Origin: Malacoraja senta
Lineage: Eukaryota
Assembly: GCA_038087875.1 (NCBI GenBank)
Contig: CM075988.1
Coordinates: 248,001-312,000, forward strand
Direction: 5' to 3'
DNA: 64,000 nucleotides
The translations under genes were made by a program, and so were the position numbers. Of this stretch, positions 62,870-64,000 are shown one piece after another (position 1 is the first letter of the stretch; the number at the start of each line of letters is the position of its first letter). The notes beneath the pieces are model-generated. The model did no database searches. It saw nothing but the letters and a program-made list of their open reading frames with translations, and was not told the origin of the DNA.

Positions 62870-64000
62870 TTAAACTAGAACGGTTGGTGGGAGGGACTCA
62901 AATAGAGAGCTAGTAGACAGTGTGTAAGGCAGGAGGCAGAGAAGGGAAGCACTCAGACCCAACATGTAGGGGGGGAAGAAGAAAAATATAATAAACAGAG
63001 AATAAGAGGTGGTGGGTTTCTTAAATGTGTGAGCAGAGAGACAGAGGGGTGTAAAATGAGGGTAGAAGCAATAGGTAGCAAGGTGAAAAGTAAAAGTGGC
63101 AGGCAGACAAATCCAGGGCAAAAATCAAAAAGGGCCACTTTTCAACATAATTGTATAATTGTAAAAACAAGCCTGAAGGCTTTATGTCTGAATGCAAGGA
63201 GCATTCGTAATAAGGTGGATGAGTTGAATGTGCAGATAGTTATTAATGAATATGATTTAGTTGGGATCACGGAGTCATAGCTCCAGGGTGACCAAGGCTG
63301 GGAGCTGAACATCCAGGGATATTCAATATTCAGGAGGGATAAACAGTAAGGAAAAGGAGGTGGGGTAGCGTTGCTGGTTAGAGAGATTAACGCAATAGAA
63401 AGGAAGGACATTAGCTTGGAGGATGTGGAATCGATATGGGTAGAGCTGCGAAACACTAAGGGGCAGAAAACGCTAGTGGGAGTTGTGTACAGGCCTCCTA
63501 ACAGTAGTAGTGGAGTTGGGGATGGTATCAAACAGGAAATTAGTAATGCGTGCAACAAAGGTAAAACAGTTATAATGGGTGACTTCAATCTACAAATAGA
63601 TTGGGTGAATCAAATTGGTAGGGGTGCTGAGGAAGAGGATTTCTTGGAATGTATGTGGGATAGTTTTCTAAACCAACATGTAGAGGAACCAACGAGAGAG
63701 CAGGCTATTCTAGACAGGGTATTGAGTAATGAGGAAGGGTTAGTTAGCAGTCTTGTTGTGCGTGGCCCCTTGGTCAAAAGGGACCATGATATGGTTGAGT
63801 TCATTAGGATGGAGAGTGACATAATTAATTCAGAAACAAGGGTTCTGAACTTAAAGAAAGGTAACTTTGAGGGTATGAGACGTGAATTGGCCAAGATAGA
63901 CCGGCAATTGATTCTTAAAGGGTTGACGGTGGATAGGCAATGGAAGGCATTTAAAGACTGCATGGATGAACTACAAAAATTGTTCATCCCAGTTTGGCAA
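62870..64000 (+). mobile_element. CR1-B inter-ORF piece joined to the CR1-A endonuclease region
   Basis: 62870-63030 resembles 53657-53821; 63031-64000 resembles 48043-49012. Confidence 0.85.

Overview
Vertebrate genomic DNA, most likely from a cartilaginous fish such as a skate or ray; this is inferred from the HE1-type SINE and the CR1, Penelope and DIRS repertoire. The window lies inside one minus-strand gene, an SLC43A3 (ENBT1)-like MFS transporter. Six consecutive internal exons can be read with GT-AG boundaries and consistent phases: 52361-52453, 42125-42264, 38874-39199, 13709-13882, 4810-4929 and 1435-1627. The start and stop exons lie outside the window. The protein looks divergent, with polar and charged changes in TM motifs and a long acidic central loop. 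The introns are deeply nested mobile DNA. They contain several CR1 LINE families, three Penelope insertions with hammerhead-like motifs, an intact-ORF Tc1, a decayed DIRS element, hAT and Harbinger shells, a 7-bp-TSD transposon and a 9.5 kb long-TIR shell. They also hold a family of non-autonomous Helitrons carrying tandem repeats, promoter-like modules and a THAP fragment, plus a 9.6 kb (ACC)n-containing satellite. There is one 200-N assembly gap.
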